The position numbers and the translations under genes were made by a program. The notes under the pieces are model-generated. The model was not told the origin of the DNA and made no database searches. It was given only the letters and a program-made list of their open reading frames with translations. Below, one piece after another: positions 57,390 through 64,000 of a stretch of DNA of 64,000 nucleotides (positions within the stretch are counted from its first letter, which is position 1; every line of letters starts with the position of its first letter). Source of the DNA: Eledone cirrhosa. Lineage: Eukaryota. Where the stretch lies: assembly GCA_964016885.1 (NCBI GenBank), contig OZ024742.1:195672001-195736000 (forward strand). The letters are read 5' to 3'.

Positions 57390-57620
57390 ACGTAGGGGTT
57401 ACGTCAAACATTATTAATAACTAGCAGAACAACCACCCTTCGGGTCGTTTTCTGCTAGCATGTGTAGTGTGTATATTATACGCAAGTATATATACATGTA
57501 GATATGATACATCAAATAAAATCGTATATAATACATAGAAATTGAACGAAGACTGCGTTACACTGTCTTATTTAATCAGTAACGTAATCCATGATACATT
57601 AAAAAAGACGATATTATATA
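57101..57620. repeat. Inverted duplication (about 230-bp arms) centred on a (TA)n tract
   Basis: 57101-57328 is the reverse complement of 57383-57620. Confidence 0.9.
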
Positions 57621-57874
57621 TAAACTGCATTAGGAGAAAATTAGTGACAGAAAATTAGTATGTTTATTTAAGTGATCGCCACCGGAAGTGTTGACATCAC
57701 ACACTCTCTCTTTCTGTATATATGGTAGTTGAAGTGGTGGTGGTAACGATATACCGGAAGTGCAACTTTGAAAAGAAGTCAATTTTAAATTATTTATTTT
57801 TACGAAATTATTTTTGTTTACGAAATTTAGTAGATAAATTATATAATATTCATTCATTATTTATTCAAAGTAAT

Positions 57875-58066
57875 AGGGCGGTGGATTGGCAGTATTGGTA
57901 GAGGGTCGGACGCCATGCTTTGACGCATAGAGTTATGGCCCTTGCCATTCTGAGTTCAAATCCCACCGAGGTTAACTTTGCCTTTCATCCTTACGGGGTC
58001 GATAAAATAAAGTACCAGTAATACACTGAGTAATTGCTGGCCTTGTACCTAACGTAGAAACAATTA
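57875..58066 (+). mobile_element. SINE family 1 copy with target-site duplication
   Basis: Flanking direct repeat attatttattcaaagtaat at 57856-57874 and 58063-58081. Confidence 0.9.
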
Positions 58067-58264
58067 TTTATTCAAAGTAATCCAACTTATTTTACTAACG
58101 GGATAAAAAAAAAATAAACCGTATGCAGTCCCGCAGACCTTCCTTTATTATAGTTTAGATTATCAATGTTCGATATAACCCATACGTAGATATGTATATA
58201 TGTGTGTATGTATATATATATGTGTGTGTGTATATATATATGTGTGTGTACGTGGCATACTTAC

Positions 58265-58313
<49 letters not shown>

Positions 58314-58321
<8 letters not shown>

Positions 58322-58670
58322 TAAACGGAAAATAAAATGCTGATAAATTGTTCCCAGTGAAAAATAGTTTAATTAGGAATAAGTAAAAATTAGTAATAGT
58401 ATTGGTTAGTATTCAGTTTTGGTTTTAAGTTTTACCGGTTGCGCATTTCTAATGCTTTTCAAAAATAATTTTGAGATAGAGCGTCCGTGATGTTTGCTCT
58501 AATCAGAGCAAACACCGGTAAAACTTAAAACCAAAACTGAATACTAACCAATACTATTACTAATTTTTACTTATTCCTAATTAAACTATTTTTCACTGGG
58601 AACAATTTGTCAGCATTTTATTTTCCGTTTACCAATATATCATAACTCGTGTGTTACACCTCTATTCTTT

Positions 58671-58675
<5 letters not shown>
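58314..58675 (+). repeat. TA-flanked fold-back element (about 125-bp arms, about 75-bp spacer, short tail)
   Basis: 58314-58439 is the reverse complement of 58514-58640. Confidence 0.85.
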
Positions 58676-58719
<44 letters not shown>

Positions 58720-58721
<2 letters not shown>

Positions 58722-58760
58722 TAGCAGCAGGACCCGACGTTGCACGGGGTAGGAAACGTG
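58720..58760 (+). mobile_element. Possible Helitron/Helentron-like terminus
   Basis: actagcagcaggacccgacgttgcacggg (ACTAG followed by a GC hairpin). A similar actagcag..ccc ttc ggg occurs at 57420. Confidence 0.4.
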
Positions 58761-58899
58761 ACATACCAAATTCAGACCCCTTAGTGCAAACCTCATTTGG
58801 TCATTCCATGAGAGTATCTTGGTTAGCCCATGAACTTTTCAGCCGAACCTTGTATTACCTTATGATATCACTCAAATATTTTGAATAAATTATTTAGTG

Positions 58900-59282
58900 A
58901 TACAGGTGACATTCGAGCAGAATTGCTTCAGAAAGCACAAAACAAACAGCATTGTCGGGCAGCAAGTCAACAAATATGCTGCCAGACAGGAAACACTCCT
59001 CATGATGGTGAAAAAATGGAACCTCACCTGGTACAGTCATATATCATGCTACGATTCCCTGTTTAAAACCATCCTTCACGCCACTGTTGATGAAGGGCGT
59101 AGAAAAGGCAGATAAAGAAAAACTTGTTTCAACAACATGAAGGCCCAGACAGGTCACAACACCACGATACTTCTATGCACGAGGGAAAATAGAGACCAGC
59201 GGCGACGCCTGACTAGGAATGTGTCTAGAGTGGCACTCCAACGTCTGGCTGCATCAGTTGCGGAAATTTGATGATGATGCAG
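58900..59282 (+). mobile_element. RTE-clade LINE 3' fragment
   Basis: LTWYSHI..KTILHATVDEGRRKGR; (GAT)n tail. Confidence 0.65.
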
Positions 59283-59296
59283 ATCATATATATATA

Positions 59297-59493
<197 letters not shown>

Positions 59494-59821
59494 TTATATA
59501 TATATATTTATTCAGGTGGCATGAGATTAACGCTAACTTATGTTCCCATCCCTTTCTGTTTTCCTTTATCTGACCGGTAGTAGCACATTGTAAGTTTTAG
59601 CCACGTCACTCGAGGGCGACCGGCAAAGGTAGAAGGTGCTGGATGGAGGTCGCCCTCGGGTCCTCGATTTTCAGCCCCGTGGATTTTATCTATTACATTC
59701 ACGTATTATATTTCGAATACCTGATATCACCCGATTCATACGGAACCCGGTCATTGAATTGATCATAGTATAATAAACCTTTCAAGGATTTACACAAATC
59801 CAGCCTCCTGTCATTTCATTA

Positions 59822-59851
<30 letters not shown>

Positions 59852-59853
<2 letters not shown>

Positions 59854-60189
59854 AACAATTAAGTTAAAAATGTACATCCACATATGTATACTGAAATACT
59901 AGTATGCATATGAATACACACACGTATACATATGTAGATGTACCGAGTTTTTCACTGGTCACTTTACTGTGAGTGTCCAGCTATTCTGTATGTAAACACA
60001 CAGACAAACCGGTTTTTAGAGTGAAAAACTCGGTACATCTACATATGTATACGTGTGTGTATTCATATGCATACTAGTATTTCAGTATACATATGTGGAT
60101 GTACATTTTTAACTTAATTGTTTAAGCGTCAGTCATACAAAAGTGAGTTACAAACGAAACAAAATTTAATTTCGTTTCGTTATTTGTTG

Positions 60190-60191
<2 letters not shown>
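59852..60191 (+). repeat. TA-flanked fold-back element (about 105-bp arms, about 63-bp spacer, about 65-bp tail)
   Basis: 59852-59956 is the reverse complement of 60019-60124. Confidence 0.85.
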
Positions 60192-60228
<37 letters not shown>

Positions 60229-60351
60229 CTGCATCATCATATATATATAGTTACTGAGTTACTTATCCGTAAGAGTTATGGTGTGACGTCTCGTTGATAA
60301 ATTGATAAACAGGTGTATGCAGGTAAGAACACTCCTCGTCTGGTATGTGTG

Positions 60352-60415
<64 letters not shown>

Positions 60416-60496
60416 CGTGTGTGTGTGTATTTACTTGTATGTTTTACTATATGATCCTTTTAGCTTTATATATATATATATATATATATATATTAA

Positions 60497-60861
60497 TAGT
60501 TATAATAATAAATGTGAAGACTAAAATCCAAAGAGGGCTCGATAAGGATAAATATATATCAAATATATAGGAACCGTAGAGCAAATATTTATTGAAATAA
60601 CAGATTAAAGTTTAAGCAAAGAATTGCTGCTTTCACCCTTAACGGGATCGTCTGAAACTAAAAAAAAATCAATCTGTGAACGCAGAAATAAATATTTCGA
60701 AAAACGTTGCAACCGAAGGAAAACAGGAAGACGATACTTTGGTTCGGAAAGACGTTCCCTGGCAATGAACGGAAAAAAGCGAAGATAATACGTCGTTATG
60801 TGGAGCAATGAGAACAATTACAGCGATTCTTTGCTTAAACTTTAATCTGTTATTTTGATAA

Positions 60862-60865
<4 letters not shown>
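60497..60865 (-). mobile_element. Terminal fragment of the element C family with its own short inverted end
   Basis: Homologous to 54343-54665. 60821-60864 inverts 60586-60629. Confidence 0.8.
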
Positions 60866-60902
<37 letters not shown>

Positions 60903-62375
60903 AGCGCGTGGCCTAGTGGTAAGGGTGTGTGTGTGTGTGTGTATTTACTTGTATGTTTTACAAATATGATCCTTTTAGCTTTAAATATATAAATAAATAA
61001 AATTAAAATGGCGTAGATATTACAATACAATACAATAGAAGGGAACATAATAATACTACCACTGATGATGTTGCAGATGTGCAACGGAAGAACTTTTTTA
61101 GACTATATATATATTTATATCTGTATTTTTAACCGTTGGTCAATCAATGATAAACATTGATTGCCGAATGAATTAACTATGGAGATATAAATGATACAGA
61201 AGCGAAAACCAACCAAATAGTGAATGTGTTCTGTTATTATTTCTGGCAATATTATTACAACAATGTGACCCTCCCCATATATAACAATATTCTATAAATT
61301 TGCCAAAATTCTATAAATTTAAAAAATAAGATATTCAGTTCTTGCAGACATCGCTAAAAAACGACTTTCCGAAGTATTTTTAATCTATAATATTCATTTC
61401 ACTTGATCACATCTTATATGTCTTTAAAATGCTTCTGGCGAGGTTTAGTGGTGTTTTTTTTATGTTTTTTTTTAAATGATTTTTTTTCCTTTTTTCTTCT
61501 TAATTTAATATTAATAATTTTACCAATGATATTCTTTTCCAAATGATAGTTTTCTTAATTTGTTTTTTTTCTAGATTGTTATTTTTAATACTTTAACAAC
61601 TAATATTGGAGTTATCTTTTCTTTATAATGGAGCAAACATAGACATTCTTCGTAACAAAGTATATATACTAAATTCTATGTAATTCCGTTAACTTAATAA
61701 TTTTCTGTAAATATTTTCAATCTTTGATGAAACTATTTGGATGTACAAAATGTTCTTCTCTACTAAAATTCGAACTACCTCTCTTTCTTAACTATATATT
61801 TAAAATGTAAACTCAACATCGTTCGTAATATATATTGAAAATATAAACAATTTATGTGTGTTTTATATCTATTAAAAATAACAGAATATATAATCACCAA
61901 TAATATTTATTTTACCTATATAGATATTTATATATTTATAACCTGGTGTAATATAATAATTACAACCATAATTCTTCATATATTCTAATTATAATGATTA
62001 TATATATAATATTATAACTCATGCTTTAGTTACATTTTAAATTTCTTGATTGATATTCTACCACTTCAAAAAACTTTAATTTTTAACGTTTTAATTTGTA
62101 AATTCACGTACACTCTAATATTAATATAAGCTTCTCTTTCTTCTTCCTATATCCTAATAATTATTTTAATCGACCTAGCGTCTAAAAATAACGATTTTTT
62201 TCAGCTCTACGCTTCAACCTCATTTGCATATTCATCAAAATAATTTGAAATATTTGTTCTTTTTTCCTCTCTTCCTCTTTTCTTATTTTTTCCTCTTTCT
62301 TCTCACTATCCAAACGGAACCTGAACTGTTCAGGTCTGATTCCTGGGTATGTCACTATTTATAAAACAAATTTTG

Positions 62376-62436
62376 TATTTTATCTGATGAGAGCGTACCA
62401 AAGTTTTGGTACCCTTGAAATATATATAATAGAATA
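62376..62436 (+). ncRNA. Type I hammerhead ribozyme motif at a solo PLE-like terminus
   Basis: tattttat-CTGATGA-gag c gtaccaaa gt tttggtac c ctt-GAAATATATAT-A-atagaata, followed by AATAAA and (TA)n. Confidence 0.72.
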
Positions 62437-62477
62437 AATATGGTTTTATAAATATAGTTTCCATTTATTAATATCAT

Positions 62478-63603
<1,126 letters not shown>

Positions 63604-63626
63604 AACGAGTTACATTTTCTTTTCTT

Positions 63627-63695
<69 letters not shown>

Positions 63696-63700
<5 letters not shown>

Positions 63701-63822
63701 GTAGGAGGTGAGTTTTATTGTAGTACAATTATGCATACTCCAGTCCCACAAACTGTAGAGTGCTTCTTATCCGATATCTGCATTGCTTTATTGTACTACA
63801 ATAAAACTCACCTCCTACATTA
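63696..63822. repeat. Short inverted repeat at the 5' end of PLE element D
   Basis: taatgtaggaggtgagttttattgtagtacaat / attgtactacaataaaactcacctcctacatta, adjacent to (TA)n. Confidence 0.8.
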
Positions 63823-63898
63823 ACTTGCTCCTTAACGGTTGAGCGCTTACTCTCATATTGGATACCTTTTGATGGTCCTTCACCTCTTCTTCTACAAC

Positions 63899-64000
63899 AT
63901 GGATTATTACAACATAACCAATTCAACTAAAGACATTCCTATACCTGGTAAATCTGAATTCACCAAACTTCTTATTGAAAAAACTGACTCCTTCGTAAGA
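63899..64000 (+). CDS. N-terminus of a fourth PLE ORF (element D), continuing beyond the window
   Basis: MDYYNITNSTKDIPIPGKSEFTKLLIEKTDSFVR aligns with the element B N-terminus SLKNIPTPPKISYEKSLITSINSFVK. Confidence 0.75.
   Translation, partial: MDYYNITNSTKDIPIPGKSEFTKLLIEKTDSFVR

Overview
Eukaryotic, AT-rich, repeat-dominated DNA. It is most likely a cephalopod (Octopus-like), inferred from the SINE families and microsatellite load. The only clear host genes are two minus-strand paralogs of a type II membrane GT32-like (DxD) glycosyltransferase: one complete two-exon gene (52725-52101 + 49539-49052) and one first coding exon (10389-9765). Between them lie a 6.5-kb triplet-periodic (ACA-rich) satellite and a 17-kb nested complex of Penelope-like elements (PLEs; RT plus C-terminal GIY-YIG, Hydra-clade-like). 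In that complex, element A forms a giant inverted repeat with about 4.7-kb arms and has a microsatellite-filled 3' region. An apparently intact element B (843-codon ORF, three hammerhead copies) is inserted into one arm of A. A third PLE fragment (54.3-56.9 kb), the start of a fourth PLE ORF at the window end, several hammerhead motifs and about ten small fold-back elements, mostly in (TA)n tracts, are also present. The remainder is decayed R4-, RTE- and CR1-like LINEs, tRNA-derived SINEs, a mariner fragment and microsatellites. Most ORFs in the supplied track are microsatellite artefacts. Coordinates were read by eye, and boundaries inside microsatellites are approximate.
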